A DNA stretch of 64,000 nt from positions 64,001 to 128,000 of the forward strand of contig CAVTHK010000011.1 of the NCBI GenBank assembly GCA_963734495.1, given 5' to 3'. Each line of letters opens with the position of its first letter. The first letter of the stretch is position 1. A model generated the notes under the pieces. It was given only the letters and a program-made list of their open reading frames with translations. It had not been told where the DNA came from and did no database searches. The position numbers and the translations under genes are program-made. The stretch is from an uncultured Spirochaetota bacterium. GTDB taxonomy: Bacteria > Spirochaetota > Spirochaetia > SZUA-6 > CAVTHK01. This document shows, piece after piece, positions 1-10,499 of the stretch.

Positions 1-1
1 G

Positions 2-1090
2 GGGTGGGGCAGGCTGAGCAGGCTGACTCCGCATCGCCCCGAACCGGTGCTGGAGTACATCGTCGTGAGGATGGACACCGACCAGGGGGTCAGTGGGGTG
101 GGGGAGACAGCGCCCGACATCGCGTTCTTCGGCGAGACGCTTGAAGAGGTAAAGACCGCGATCGACAGGTACTTCGGCCCGCGCCTCATCGGGAAGGATC
201 CCTTTGACCGCGAGGAGATGCTGTACCAGCTGGATTTCCGCGGGAACTCGTGCGCCCGCTCCGCGCTCGACCTGGCGATCCACGACCTGATGGGAAAGGC
301 TCTCGGAGTGCCGGTCTGCGACCTGATCGGGGGCCGCTGCAGGGAAGAGGTCGTGGCCGCCCTCGAGATAGACGGCGGCCCGCCCGAGGAGATGGCGAAG
401 CTGTGCGCGGAATACGTGGCTCAGGGCGTGCGCGCCTTCAAGCCCAAGATCGGCGGTTACCCCGACGAAGACGTCCAGCGGCTGCGGGCGATCAGGGAGG
501 CCGTAGGCAAGGACGTGACGATCCGGGCCGATGCCAACCAGGGCTACACGCCCAAGGAGGCGATCAGGCTCTGCCGCCAGGCCGAAAGGTACGACGTCGG
601 GCTGGAGCTCCTCGAGCAGCCGGTCGCCTATTGGGACCTCAAGGGGATGGCCGAGGTCAGGAGGGCGGTGGACACCCTCATTGAGGCGGACGAGAGCTGC
701 TACGGCATCCACGACGCCATGAACATCATCCGGCAAGAGGCCGCGGATGTGATCAACATCAAGGTGGAGAAGGTGGGCGGCCTCTACAACGCCAAGAAAG
801 TCGCGGCCCTGGCCGAGGCCGCAGGGCTTCAGTGCGTGATCGGCACCGCCTTCGGCCTCGGCATCACGATCGCGGCCAAGCTGCACCTGGCCGCATCGAC
901 GAAGATCATAAAGGACCCTGTGGAGTTCACCGAGATCCGATTGCACGACAACCTGCTGTCGCCTCCTGACGACAAGCGTCTCACGTTGCCGCTGCGCGAT
1001 GGGTTCCTGGACGTGCCTGAAGGGCCGGGCTTCGGCGTGTCGTTCGACGAGGAGAAACTCGTGGCGCACCGCGCGGGAATCGTCGACTAG
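2..1090 (+). CDS. Mandelate racemase/muconate lactonizing enzyme (enolase superfamily) protein, 5'-truncated by the window edge
   Basis: Frame is open from base 2 (GWGRLSRLTPHRPEPVLEY), matching the paralog's N-terminus. Motifs FKPK, DAN, EQP, DES and NIKVEKVGG, plus C-terminal PEGPGFGV. Confidence 0.9.
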   Translation, partial: GWGRLSRLTPHRPEPVLEYIVVRMDTDQGVSGVGETAPDIAFFGETLEEVKTAIDRYFGPRLIGKDPFDREEMLYQLDFRGNSCARSALDLAIHDLMGKALGVPVCDLIGGRCREEVVAALEIDGGPPEEMAKLCAEYVAQGVRAFKPKIGGYPDEDVQRLRAIREAVGKDVTIRADANQGYTPKEAIRLCRQAERYDVGLELLEQPVAYWDLKGMAEVRRAVDTLIEADESCYGIHDAMNIIRQEAADVINIKVEKVGGLYNAKKVAALAEAAGLQCVIGTAFGLGITIAAKLHLAASTKIIKDPVEFTEIRLHDNLLSPPDDKRLTLPLRDGFLDVPEGPGFGVSFDEEKLVAHRAGIVD

Positions 1091-1155
1091 AGGGAAACTG
1101 CCGGCCGGCTGCGGTTCCGCGGTGCTGTCCCGCAGCCGGCCGTCCCCACCGGGCG

Positions 1156-2335
1156 TCAGTCCACGATGTCCGAGATGTGCTTCTTCGCCCTGCCCTCGTC
1201 AAAGGCGACGCCGAAGCCGGGCCCCTGCGGGACGCTGAAACAACCGTCCTTGAGAGGCAGAGTGAGCAGCTTGTCGTGCGGCTGGACGAGCAGGTTGTCG
1301 TGGAGCCTCACCTCGGTGAACTCGACGGCATCCCTGATGATCTTGGTCGACGCGGCCAGGTGCAGCTTGGCCGCGATCGTGATGCCGAGGCCGAAAGCGG
1401 TGCCGATCACGCACTGCAGGCCCGCCCCCTCGGCCACCGCGGCGACCTTTTTCGCGTTGTAGAGGCCGCCGACCTTCTCGATCTTGATGTTGAGCACGTC
1501 GGCCGCACCCTGCCTTACGATGTTCATCGCGTCGTTGACGCCGTAGCAGCTCTCGTCCGCCTCGATCAGGATGTCGACCGCGCTCTTCACTTCAGCCATG
1601 CCCCTCAGGTCCCAGTACGCGACCGGCTGCTCCAGGAGCTCCAGGCCGACGTCGTACTTTTCCGCCAGCCTGCAGAGCCTGATCGCCTCCTTGGGCGTGT
1701 AGCCCTGGTTGGCGTCGGCCCGGATCGTCACGTCCTTGCCCACAGCCTCCCTGATCGCCCGCAGCCGCTGCACGTCCTCGTCGGGGTAGCCGCCGATCTT
1801 GGGCTTGAAGGCGCGCACGCCCTGCGCCACGTACTCCGCGCAGGCCTGGGCCATCTCGTCCGCAGGTCCGCCGCCGATCTCGAGGGCGACCAGAGACCTT
1901 GTCCCTGCACATCCCGCCGATCAGGTCGAAGACCGGCACGCCGAGGGCCTTGCCGAGAAGGTCGTGCACCGCAAGGTCGAGCGCCGAGCGGGCGCACGAA
2001 TTGCCGCGGAAATCCAGCTGATAGAGGATCTCCTCCCGGTCGAACGGATCCCTGCCCACGAGCCGCGGGCCGAGGTACCGGTCGATCGCGGACTTTACTT
2101 CCTCCAGGGTCTCCCCGAAGAACCCGATGTCGGGAGTGGCCTCTCCGAAGCCTATGGCTCCCGAGTCGGTCTCGATCTTCACGATCACGTACTCGAGCAC
2201 CGGCTTCGGCCTGTGCGGGGTGATCCTGCTGAGCCTGTCCCATTCCCTCTTCGTGCCGGCCCTGACGCGCGAAGTGTAGCCGCGCTTCGGCGTGGAAAGG
2301 GAGTACGCCGTGGTGGATACCTTGGTAATCTTCAT
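1156..2335 (-). CDS. Second enolase-superfamily paralog, split by a +1 frameshift near 1895
   Basis: The N-half of ORF 1592..2335 and ORF 1156..1854 align with the first copy. Removing one base in 'gtc t ctg gtc gcc ctc gag' restores the frame. SD 'aaggag' upstream. Confidence 0.88.
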
Positions 2336-2348
2336 GATCGACTCCTTG

Positions 2349-3227
2349 TTACTGACCGGACTTGTGGCTGCCTCTCTCGACCAGCTTCATCAGCACAGGC
2401 CCCTGGGCGCGGATGTGCTCCGACAGCAGTCTGCGGGCGCGTATCCAGTCTCGCGCAATGAGAGCCTCGATGATCCGGCGGTGCTGCAGGACCATCCTGT
2501 CTACCACTGCCGTCTCCGGAGCCGCGTAGTAAAACAGCGCCGTGTAGTACCTGGCGATGTACTGCTGGAAGAACTGGCGTATGTAGAGGTTACCGGACTT
2601 GTCGATGAGGTAGTCGTGCATCCGATTGTCGAGCACGGGCCGCGCACCCCTCGCGAGACTCCGGTCGCCCTCGAGCATCTCGCGCAGATCCGCCTTCCGC
2701 AGCCGAAAGCGCGACAGCTCGAGCGCCTTGAGCTCGAGAGTCCCGCGAACTTCGAGGTACGCGTCCATGTCTTCCTGCCGGACCGGGTGCACGAGCCATC
2801 CGCGCCGCGGCACGTGCTCGATCAGCCCTGCGCCCACGAAACGGTTGAACGTCCGGCGGATGATGGACCTGCCGATGCCCAGCTCTCTGGACAGCGCCTG
2901 CTCCCGCACGTACGTCGCGCGCCTGCGCAGGCTCGCGTGCATGATCGTCTTGAGCAGCGTCTCGTCCCAGTCTCCCGGCGTCGGTGGCGCGGGGACGGGC
3001 CTGCGACGCGCCTTTCTGCGCGCTCCCGGGCCGGGCACCTCGAGCCTGCGGTTGGGGAGCTTCGTGATGAGACCTTCGCCGACGAGGGCCTCGACCGCGG
3101 CGCGCAACGGCGTCACGCTCACGCCGTAGCGTCCCGCCAGGCCGGCCAGCGAGAGCCGGCCGCGGGGGATCTCGCCCGACTCGATCCGCTGCGCGAGGTC
3201 CGCTCGTATGTAGTCCGTCAGCTTCAT
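2349..3227 (-). CDS. GntR/FadR-family regulator with two winged-HTH domains and an FCD domain
   Basis: LAGRYGVSVTPLRAAVEALVGEGLI, then a second HTH (LSRELGIGRSIIRRTFNRFVGAGLIEHVPRRGW), then an FCD-like tail (QHRRIIEALIARD...HI). Confidence 0.85.
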   Translation of the reverse strand: MKLTDYIRADLAQRIESGEIPRGRLSLAGLAGRYGVSVTPLRAAVEALVGEGLITKLPNRRLEVPGPGARRKARRRPVPAPPTPGDWDETLLKTIMHASLRRRATYVREQALSRELGIGRSIIRRTFNRFVGAGLIEHVPRRGWLVHPVRQEDMDAYLEVRGTLELKALELSRFRLRKADLREMLEGDRSLARGARPVLDNRMHDYLIDKSGNLYIRQFFQQYIARYYTALFYYAAPETAVVDRMVLQHRRIIEALIARDWIRARRLLSEHIRAQGPVLMKLVERGSHKSGQ

Positions 3228-3275
3228 CGCCTGTCCCCGCCGCCTGCCTCCGCTGCCGGACGGTCCCGAATTTGC

Positions 3276-3318
3276 TTGACTTCCCGCAACTCGTACCGTA
3301 AAGTCCGCATAGTGTCAA
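3276..3318. promoter_or_regulatory. Overlapping divergent sigma70-type promoters (ABC operon and gntR)
   Basis: + strand TTGACT-N17-TAAAGT (3276-3304). - strand TTGACA-N17-TACGAG (3318-3290), a weaker -10. Confidence 0.6.
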
Positions 3319-3430
3319 CAAAATAAAGTTAGGAGCGCTTCCCACAAGGGCGCCCGTTCGACCGCACCGTCGCGGAGCCATCGGGTTTCGTTGAAGCCCT
3401 CATGAGTCTCTTGAGAAAAGGAGTGTGCCA

Positions 3431-5032
3431 ATGAAAAGGAAGCTCTCCCGGGTGCTCGCGCTGGCGGCAATCCTCTGCCTTGCCGCATCAGGCGGCCTGT
3501 TCGCGACAGGCGCCGCCGAAGGCGGAGCGGCCGCCGCGCCGGGAACGCCCAAGAAGGGCGGGACCCTGAACGTGGGGCTGCACATCCCCTTTGCGACGCT
3601 GGACTGGCAGGCTACGGTGCAGCACCCCGCGCCCCAGGTGCAGAGCAACGTCTGGGAAGGCCTCACCGCGTTTGGCAAGGACTTCACCGCCGTCCCTGAG
3701 CTCGCCGAGTCGTATCAGGCCTCACCCGACGGACTGGTCTGGACCTTCAATCTGCGCAAAGGAGTGCTCTTCCACAACCTCAAGGAGATGACCTCGGCGG
3801 ACGTCAAGGCTTCGGTCGAGCGATGGATCAAAGTGGGGCCGAAAGGCCAGTCGCTGCCGTTTGACAGGATCGAGGCCCCGGACAAGTACACGGTTCAGAT
3901 GTACTTCAAGACTCCGATCGGCCAGACCCTCCTGCTCCTCCTCGGGTCGGACGAGAACAAGTGCGTCATCATGCCCAAGGAGGTGTGTGACGCCTCGCCG
4001 AAGCCCAACGTCCTTTCCGCGATCATCGGCACGGGCCCGTACAAGTGGACGGAGTACAAGGAGGACCAGTACATCAAGCTCACCCGCTTTGACCAGTACG
4101 TCGCGCGCACGGATGCGCCCAACTACCAGAGCGGAAAGAAGGTCCCGTACGTCGACCAGATCATCTTCTGGATCGTGCCGGAGGTTTCCACGCGCATCGC
4201 CGGCGTCAAGTCCGGCGAGTACGACTTGACCATCTACGTTCCCGAAACTGAGTACGACAGCCTGAGCAAGACGCCCGGTGTCGTTCCGGTCATCGTGGGG
4301 CCCGGCTTCAACTTCTACATCATGTTCAACCACCAGAAAGGTCTCACGAGCAACCTCTACATCCGCAAGGCCATCCAGGCGGCCATCAACTGCGACGAGG
4401 TGATGGCCGCTGCGGTCCCCAACCCGAAGTTCCGCTTCCTCAACCCGAGCTTCTTTCCCCCGGTGAGCCCCTACAGCAACAACGCGCGCGCCGAGCTCTA
4501 CAACCAGGGCAGCGTCGCCAAGGCGAAAGAGTACCTGGACAAGGCGGGGTACAAGGGAGAGCCCATCACTTTCCAGGCGATCTCGACCAGGCCGGAGACT
4601 ATCCGGATCGGAGTCGCGTTGGTCGAGCAGTTCAAGAGGGCGGGCATGAACGCTTCGGTCCTCAGCTACGACCTGCAGACCTGGATCGCGAAGCGGCGGG
4701 ACGGCAACTCCCTGATGATGTACAACTCCGGCGGCAACTGGATAGATCCGTCGCTGTACCAGCCCGAGTTCAGCGGGACCTTCCCCTCCAAGGAGACCGG
4801 ATTCAGCGACCCCGAGGTCGACAAGGTCTTTGCCGCGCTCAACCGCGAGACCGATACGCAGAAGCGCAAAGTGCTCGCCGAGCAGCTGCAGACGCTGTTC
4901 TACGACAAGGTCGCGACGTACAGCCTGGGGTACTACTACCGCATGGCAGTCAAGCGCGACTACGTCATGGACCCCGAAGGCAACCTCGCGCTCGGAAACC
5001 TGACGCTGAACAACATCTGGCTGAACAAGTAG
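3431..5032 (+). CDS. ABC transporter substrate-binding protein, family 5 (Dpp/Opp)
   Basis: Signal peptide, PELAESY...WTFNLRKGVLFH, IGTGPYK; SD 'aaggag'. Confidence 0.93.
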   Translation: MKRKLSRVLALAAILCLAASGGLFATGAAEGGAAAAPGTPKKGGTLNVGLHIPFATLDWQATVQHPAPQVQSNVWEGLTAFGKDFTAVPELAESYQASPDGLVWTFNLRKGVLFHNLKEMTSADVKASVERWIKVGPKGQSLPFDRIEAPDKYTVQMYFKTPIGQTLLLLLGSDENKCVIMPKEVCDASPKPNVLSAIIGTGPYKWTEYKEDQYIKLTRFDQYVARTDAPNYQSGKKVPYVDQIIFWIVPEVSTRIAGVKSGEYDLTIYVPETEYDSLSKTPGVVPVIVGPGFNFYIMFNHQKGLTSNLYIRKAIQAAINCDEVMAAAVPNPKFRFLNPSFFPPVSPYSNNARAELYNQGSVAKAKEYLDKAGYKGEPITFQAISTRPETIRIGVALVEQFKRAGMNASVLSYDLQTWIAKRRDGNSLMMYNSGGNWIDPSLYQPEFSGTFPSKETGFSDPEVDKVFAALNRETDTQKRKVLAEQLQTLFYDKVATYSLGYYYRMAVKRDYVMDPEGNLALGNLTLNNIWLNK

Positions 5033-5046
5033 ACTCGAGCGGATCG

Positions 5047-5072
5047 GGGGCGCGCGGAGCAACGCGCGCCCC
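5047..5072 (+). other. Intergenic stem-loop after the SBP gene (probable mRNA stabiliser)
   Basis: ggggcgcgcg-gagcaa-cgcgcgcccc, 10-bp stem. Confidence 0.55.
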
Positions 5073-5113
5073 TCGCTTTGCACTGTCCTGGAGTCGACGA
5101 AGAGGGGAAAGCG

Positions 5114-6061
5114 ATGTGGGCATACGTGGTGCGAAGGATCCTCGCGTTTGTGCCCACTATTTTCGTCGCGATCACGCTGATCTTTATCCTTACCCGGATG
5201 GTGCCCGGCAACCCCGTCTGGTCGCTCGTCGGCTACCAGGGCGTTTCTGACGAGAGGGTCAAGGAGGTGTCGCACGACATGGGGCTGGACAGGCCTGTCC
5301 TCGTGCAGTACATCGCCTGGCTGCCCAAGGTGCTGCGGGGCGACTTCGGGAACTCCGTGTTCTTCAACAGGCCCGTGATCGCGATCATCGCGGAACGGTT
5401 CCCGGTCACTCTGAGCCTGGCGGGGCTGTCGATGCTGCTCACCCTGGTGATGGCCCTCCCGCTGGGCATCCTCGCGGCGACCCGCCAGAACTCGTCGCTG
5501 GACCAGGCATCCATGGTGTTCTCCACCCTGGGCGTCTCCATTCCGAATTTCTGGCTCGGCTTTCTGCTGATGCTGCTCTTTGCCGTCATCCTGCGCTGGT
5601 TTCCCGCGGCAGGCTATCGGCCGGCTTCCATGGGCATCGTGCCCTGGCTCACCCGGCTCGTCCTGCCGGTGTTGACGCTCTCGATGTCGCAGATCGCGCT
5701 CCTGGTGCGCCAGACCCGCTCGAGCATGCTGGACGTTCTCGGCGAGGAGTACATCGTCACGGCGAGGGCGAAGGGCCTGAGCGAGGCCAAGGTGATCTAC
5801 AAGCACGCGCTCCGCAACGCGTTCGTGTTGATCATCACCATCATAGGTCTCACGTTCGCTCTCAGCCTCGGGGGGTCCGTGCTTGTCGAGACCGTTTTCG
5901 CGATCCCCGGCATCGGTCAGCTCATCACGACCGCCGCCATTCGTCGCGACTACCCCGTCATCGAGGGCGGCATAGCCTTTCTCACCGCGCTTTCGCTCGT
6001 CGCCAACCTGCTCGTGGACCTCTCCTACGCGATCATCAACCCGAGGGTGAGCTATGAGTGA
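5114..6061 (+). CDS. dppB: Peptide ABC permease (DppB-like)
   Basis: GLDRPVLVQY, EEYIVTARAKGL, ETVFAIPGIG. Confidence 0.92.
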   Translation: MWAYVVRRILAFVPTIFVAITLIFILTRMVPGNPVWSLVGYQGVSDERVKEVSHDMGLDRPVLVQYIAWLPKVLRGDFGNSVFFNRPVIAIIAERFPVTLSLAGLSMLLTLVMALPLGILAATRQNSSLDQASMVFSTLGVSIPNFWLGFLLMLLFAVILRWFPAAGYRPASMGIVPWLTRLVLPVLTLSMSQIALLVRQTRSSMLDVLGEEYIVTARAKGLSEAKVIYKHALRNAFVLIITIIGLTFALSLGGSVLVETVFAIPGIGQLITTAAIRRDYPVIEGGIAFLTALSLVANLLVDLSYAIINPRVSYE

Positions 6062-6956
6062 CCGACCCGCAAGCCTCGCGGCGCCCGTCCGACGACGGTG
6101 GCACGAGGAGCTCCGGCGGATGTTCGGCAACAGGCTGTTCCTCCTCGGGCTGGTCATCCTCTTCCCCATATGCGTCGCCGCCGTCGCTGCTCCCTGGCTC
6201 ACGCCCTACGACCCCGTCAAGATGGATACCAGGAACTCGCTCCTTCCGATGAGCCTGGCGCACCCGTTTGGCACGGACGAGCTGGGTCGCGACGTGCTCT
6301 CTCGCGTCCTCTTCGGTGCGCGCATTTCGCTGCGGGTGAGCAGCCTGTGTGCCCTGTACTGCGCGCTGTTCGGAGTGCCGCTCGGTCTCCTGTCGGGCTA
6401 CTACCGGGCTCTGGATGCGGTGATCGGCCGGGTGGTGGACGCCCTCATGGTGTTCCCCGGTCTCATCATGGCCATTATGCTCATGGCTGCCCTCGGACCC
6501 GCCGAGACGAACGTCGTCATCGCGATGACCATCCTCTACACTCCGCGCATCGTCCGCGTGGTCCGCAGCTCGGTGATACAGCTCAAGTCTCAGGACTTTG
6601 TCGACGCCGCACGCGTGATCGGCGCGAGCGACGCGCGCGTCCTCCTGGTCCACATATTGCCCGGCGCGACTGCGCCGCTGATAGTCCAGGTCACCTTTCT
6701 GTTCGCATTGGCGATCCTGGTCGAAGCGAGCATGAGCTTTCTCGGCCTCGGGACGCCCCCGCCCGCGCCCAGTTGGGGAGTCATCATCAGCGACGGCAGG
6801 GACTTTATCGGGACCGCGCCGTGGCTCATGTTCTTTCCAGGTCTGGCCATATCTCTGGCCGTGATGGGGCTGAACTTTATGGGCGACGGGCTTCGGGACG
6901 TTCTCGACCCGCGACTGCGCAACACGGCCCGCGGGATCGGGAGCTCGGTGAGCTGA
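6054..6956 (+). CDS. dppC: Peptide ABC permease (DppC-like)
   Basis: HPFGTDELGRDVLSR, SFLGLG...PSWG, GDGLRDVLDPR. Confidence 0.92.
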   Translation: MSDRPASLAAPVRRRWHEELRRMFGNRLFLLGLVILFPICVAAVAAPWLTPYDPVKMDTRNSLLPMSLAHPFGTDELGRDVLSRVLFGARISLRVSSLCALYCALFGVPLGLLSGYYRALDAVIGRVVDALMVFPGLIMAIMLMAALGPAETNVVIAMTILYTPRIVRVVRSSVIQLKSQDFVDAARVIGASDARVLLVHILPGATAPLIVQVTFLFALAILVEASMSFLGLGTPPPAPSWGVIISDGRDFIGTAPWLMFFPGLAISLAVMGLNFMGDGLRDVLDPRLRNTARGIGSSVS

Positions 6957-6958
6957 AG

Positions 6959-7999
6959 ATGGGTGATCGTGGAGCCCGGGTCGTGCGGAGCGCAGGCGCC
7001 GCGCACCTCCTGGAGATCAAAGGCCTCGAGACCCGCTTCTTCACCGACGCGGGCGTCGTGCGCGCGGTCGACGGCGTGGACCTGTGGGTCGACAGCGGCG
7101 AGATCCTCGGAGTGGTCGGGGAGTCCGGCTGCGGAAAGACCATGACGGCGCGCTCGATCCTCAGGCTCATCCCCAAGCCGGGCAGGATCGTCGCAGGAAG
7201 CATCGTCCTTGACGGCGTGGACCTCCTCGCACTGCCCGAAGCCGAGATGCGCGCGATGAGAGGCAGAGACATCTCCATGGTCTTCCAGGAGCCGATGGTC
7301 AGCCTCAACCCCGTGTTCCGAGTCGGCAACCAGATCGAGGAGATCCTCGTGACTCATCGCAGGACGATGAGCAGGGGAGAGCGGAGAGAGCGTGTTCTCG
7401 AGCTCCTGCGGCTCGTCGGGATCCCCTCGCCTGAGCAGAGAATGCGCAGCTATCCCCACGAGCTCTCAGGCGGCATGCGGCAGCGCGTCATGATCGCCAT
7501 GGCCCTGGCCTGCGGAAACCCGAAGCTGCTGATCGCAGACGAGCCCACTACGGCTCTGGACGTCACGATCCAGGCCCAGATCCTCGAGCTCTTCCAGAAG
7601 CTCCTCAGGGAGATGGGAATGTCGGTGATGCTCATCACGCACGATCTCGGTGTGGTCGCGGAAACGGCGAACCGGGTCGTCGTGATGTACGCCGGGAGCG
7701 TCGTGGAAACCGCTACCGTCGGGGAGCTGTTTCGCGCTCCCCTGCACCCGTACACGCGCGGCCTTCTCCGGTCCCTGCCCCAGGCCGGAAGGGACAGCCG
7801 CAAGGGCCTCCTGTACACCATCCCCGGCGCCGTCCCCGACCTCCTGCACCTCGCGCCCGGATGCAAGTTCTTCGACCGGTGCCCCTATGCCAGGGCGGAG
7901 GTGTGCCGGGGGACCGAGCCAGCCCTCGAGGAGCCTGAGCCCGGTCACTCTGTCCGCTGCAGGCGGATTGGTGATATCCGCGACGGAGGGCAAGCGTGA
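6959..7999 (+). CDS. dppD: Peptide ABC ATPase (DppD-like)
   Basis: [25 protein letters not shown]-terminal CKFFDRC. True start taken as ATG 6959 inside ORF 6098..7999. Confidence 0.92.
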   Translation: MGDRGARVVRSAGAAHLLEIKGLETRFFTDAGVVRAVDGVDLWVDSGEILGVVGESGCGKTMTARSILRLIPKPGRIVAGSIVLDGVDLLALPEAEMRAMRGRDISMVFQEPMVSLNPVFRVGNQIEEILVTHRRTMSRGERRERVLELLRLVGIPSPEQRMRSYPHELSGGMRQRVMIAMALACGNPKLLIADEPTTALDVTIQAQILELFQKLLREMGMSVMLITHDLGVVAETANRVVVMYAGSVVETATVGELFRAPLHPYTRGLLRSLPQAGRDSRKGLLYTIPGAVPDLLHLAPGCKFFDRCPYARAEVCRGTEPALEEPEPGHSVRCRRIGDIRDGGQA

Positions 8000-8982
8000 C
8001 AGGCGCGACAGAAGCGAAAGCGCCCTTCTTTGCCGTGCGGAATCTCACAAAGCGCTTCCCCGTCCGCAGAGGCGTGTTCCTCCGGACAACGGGCCACATC
8101 AGTGCCGTGGACGACATCAGCTTCGAGGTCGACCAGGGCACCACTCTCGGGCTCGTGGGGGAATCCGGGTGCGGCAAGACCACGACCGCGCGGATGATCC
8201 TCCACCTCGAGAAGCCGAGCGCCGGGCAGATGCTGCTCGAGGGTGAAAACACGGTCGACATTCGGGGAGAGCGCCTGCGGCAGTTCCGCCGTCGCGTGCA
8301 GCTCATCTTCCAGGACCCCTACTCGTCCCTGAACCCCCACAGGAACATCGAGCAGATCATCGGGGAGCCCTTTGTCGTCCACAAGCTCTCGCGACGAGCC
8401 CAGGTCCGCGAGAGGGTCGCCGCAACCCTCGAGCTCGTGAACCTCCCATCCGATACCATGCGCAAGTATCCCCATGAGCTCTCCGGAGGCCAGCGTCAGC
8501 GCGTCGGTATAGCCCGCGCCCTCACGTTGAGCCCCAAGATCGTGGTCTGCGACGAACCGGTCTCCGCGCTGGACGTGTCCATCAGGTCTCAGATCATCAA
8601 CCTTCTGATCGATCTGCAGAAGAGGCTCGGTCTCACCTACCTCTTTATCGCGCATGACCTCTCGGTGGTCGAGCACGTGAGCGATCGGGTTGCGGTCATG
8701 TACCTGGGAAAGATCGTCGAGATGGCGCCGGCCGGCGCTTTCTTCGCCGGGCACCTGCACCCGTACACCGAAGCCCTCCTCTCCGCGGTCCCGGTGCCCG
8801 ATCCCGGGCGAAAGCGGGAGCGCATCATCCTCTCCGGCGACGTGCCGAGCCCCTTGAACCCGCCGAGCGGCTGCAGGTTCCGCACCCGCTGCCCTCTCGC
8901 CCAGGGCATCTGCGCGAAGCAGGAGCCGCAGCTCAAAGAACGCTCAGCGGGGCATTTCGTCGCCTGTCATCTGCGAGGGTGA
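7996..8982 (+). CDS. dppF: Peptide ABC ATPase (DppF-like)
   Basis: [29 protein letters not shown]. Confidence 0.92.
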   Translation: MTGATEAKAPFFAVRNLTKRFPVRRGVFLRTTGHISAVDDISFEVDQGTTLGLVGESGCGKTTTARMILHLEKPSAGQMLLEGENTVDIRGERLRQFRRRVQLIFQDPYSSLNPHRNIEQIIGEPFVVHKLSRRAQVRERVAATLELVNLPSDTMRKYPHELSGGQRQRVGIARALTLSPKIVVCDEPVSALDVSIRSQIINLLIDLQKRLGLTYLFIAHDLSVVEHVSDRVAVMYLGKIVEMAPAGAFFAGHLHPYTEALLSAVPVPDPGRKRERIILSGDVPSPLNPPSGCRFRTRCPLAQGICAKQEPQLKERSAGHFVACHLRG

Positions 8983-10499
8983 CAAGGGATGAACCCGTGA
9001 AGCCGAACATCGTGGTGATCCTTGCCGACGACGTCGGGTATGGCGATTTCGGCAGCCTCAACCCCGCCTCGAAGATCCCGACCCCGAACATCGACGGCCT
9101 GGCGCAAAAGGGCATGGTCTTTACCGACGCTCACTCCGGCTCGTCCGTGTGCACGCCGTCGCGCTACGGGCTGCTCACGGGGAGGTACTGTTGGCGGTCG
9201 CGGCTGCAGCGAAGCGTTCTGTACAGCTACGAGCCCCCGCTCATCGAGCCCGGACGCCCGACGGTGGCGACCGTGCTCCGCGGGGCGGGGTACCGCACCG
9301 CGTGCGTGGGCAAGTGGCACCTCGGCCTCGGGTTCTCCGCGCGCGAGGGAAGACCCGTCGATTTTTCCCGCGAGCTTCCGTGGCCGGAGGCCGACCGCGC
9401 GCTCGAGGAAAGCATGGACTTCGAGGCGCCGGTCACGGGCGGGCCGCTGGCGCTCGGGTTCGACTCCTTCTTTGGCACGTCGGGCTGCTCGACCTGCCAG
9501 CCGCCCTACGGCTTTATCGACGGCGACCGGTTCGTCACCCCCCCCTCGTTCTACGTGGAGCGGTTCCCCTATACGGGGAGACCGGGCATGACCGCGCCAG
9601 GTTGGGACCACGCAGAGGCAGACCCGACATTCGCGCGCAAGGCTGTGGAGTTCGTGCTCTCCCAGAATGGGTCCTCGCGGCCCTTTTTCCTCTACCTCGC
9701 CGCGTCTGCCGCCCACGAGCCTTGCGTGGACAAAGTCGTCCCCCGGTTCGCCCGCGGCCGCAGCGCGGCGGGGCCCAGGGGCGACCTCGTCTGGCTTTTC
9801 GACTGGATCGTGGGCCAGGTCGTGGAGGCTCTTGCCCGCATCGGCCAGCTGGACAACACGGCGATCTTCGTGACCAGCGACAACGGGGCGCTTCCCGGCG
9901 ACCGGGTCATGACGGCTTCCGGCCGCGAGGAGTATCGGACCTACGGCCACAGGTCCTGCGGAGACTGGCGGGGATACAAATCGCACATATGGGAAGGCGG
10001 ACACCGGGAGCCGTTGATCGTCTCGTGGCCGGGCCGCATCGAGCCGGGCTCGATCTGCGATGCGCTGGTCTGTCTGAACGACGTCGTGTCCACGGCCTCG
10101 GAAATGGCGGGAGCTTCCGTGCCGCGAGGGGCGGCCGAGGACAGCCGCAGCTTCCTGCCCCTCCTTCTCGGCAGGACGCCGGGCGAGCCCGCGCGCGTCG
10201 ACCTGGTCCACCATTCCGTGACCGGCGTGTTCTCGATCAGGCGCCGCGAGTGGAAGCTCATTCACGAGACCCTCGGCTCCGGCGGCTGGCCTCCCCCTGC
10301 CGGCGGGGGGCCGCAGCCTGGCAGTCCCGGTCAGCTCTACAACCTGGCGCTGGATCCGGCCGAGAAGAACAACCTGTTTGGTCGCGAGAAAGGCATCGTG
10401 CGCGAGCTCACCGAGCTCCTCGAGCATACCCGTTCCGACGCCGATTCGCCCCGGGCCGAGGCGCGCGGGCGCAAGACCCCTCTGGAGGATGAAACATGA
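8979..10499 (+). CDS. Arylsulfatase (Cys-type formylglycine sulfatase)
   Basis: KPNIVVILADD, CTPSRYGLLTGR, GKWHLG, SDNG; no signal peptide. Confidence 0.92.
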   Translation: MTRDEPVKPNIVVILADDVGYGDFGSLNPASKIPTPNIDGLAQKGMVFTDAHSGSSVCTPSRYGLLTGRYCWRSRLQRSVLYSYEPPLIEPGRPTVATVLRGAGYRTACVGKWHLGLGFSAREGRPVDFSRELPWPEADRALEESMDFEAPVTGGPLALGFDSFFGTSGCSTCQPPYGFIDGDRFVTPPSFYVERFPYTGRPGMTAPGWDHAEADPTFARKAVEFVLSQNGSSRPFFLYLAASAAHEPCVDKVVPRFARGRSAAGPRGDLVWLFDWIVGQVVEALARIGQLDNTAIFVTSDNGALPGDRVMTASGREEYRTYGHRSCGDWRGYKSHIWEGGHREPLIVSWPGRIEPGSICDALVCLNDVVSTASEMAGASVPRGAAEDSRSFLPLLLGRTPGEPARVDLVHHSVTGVFSIRRREWKLIHETLGSGGWPPPAGGGPQPGSPGQLYNLALDPAEKNNLFGREKGIVRELTELLEHTRSDADSPRAEARGRKTPLEDET

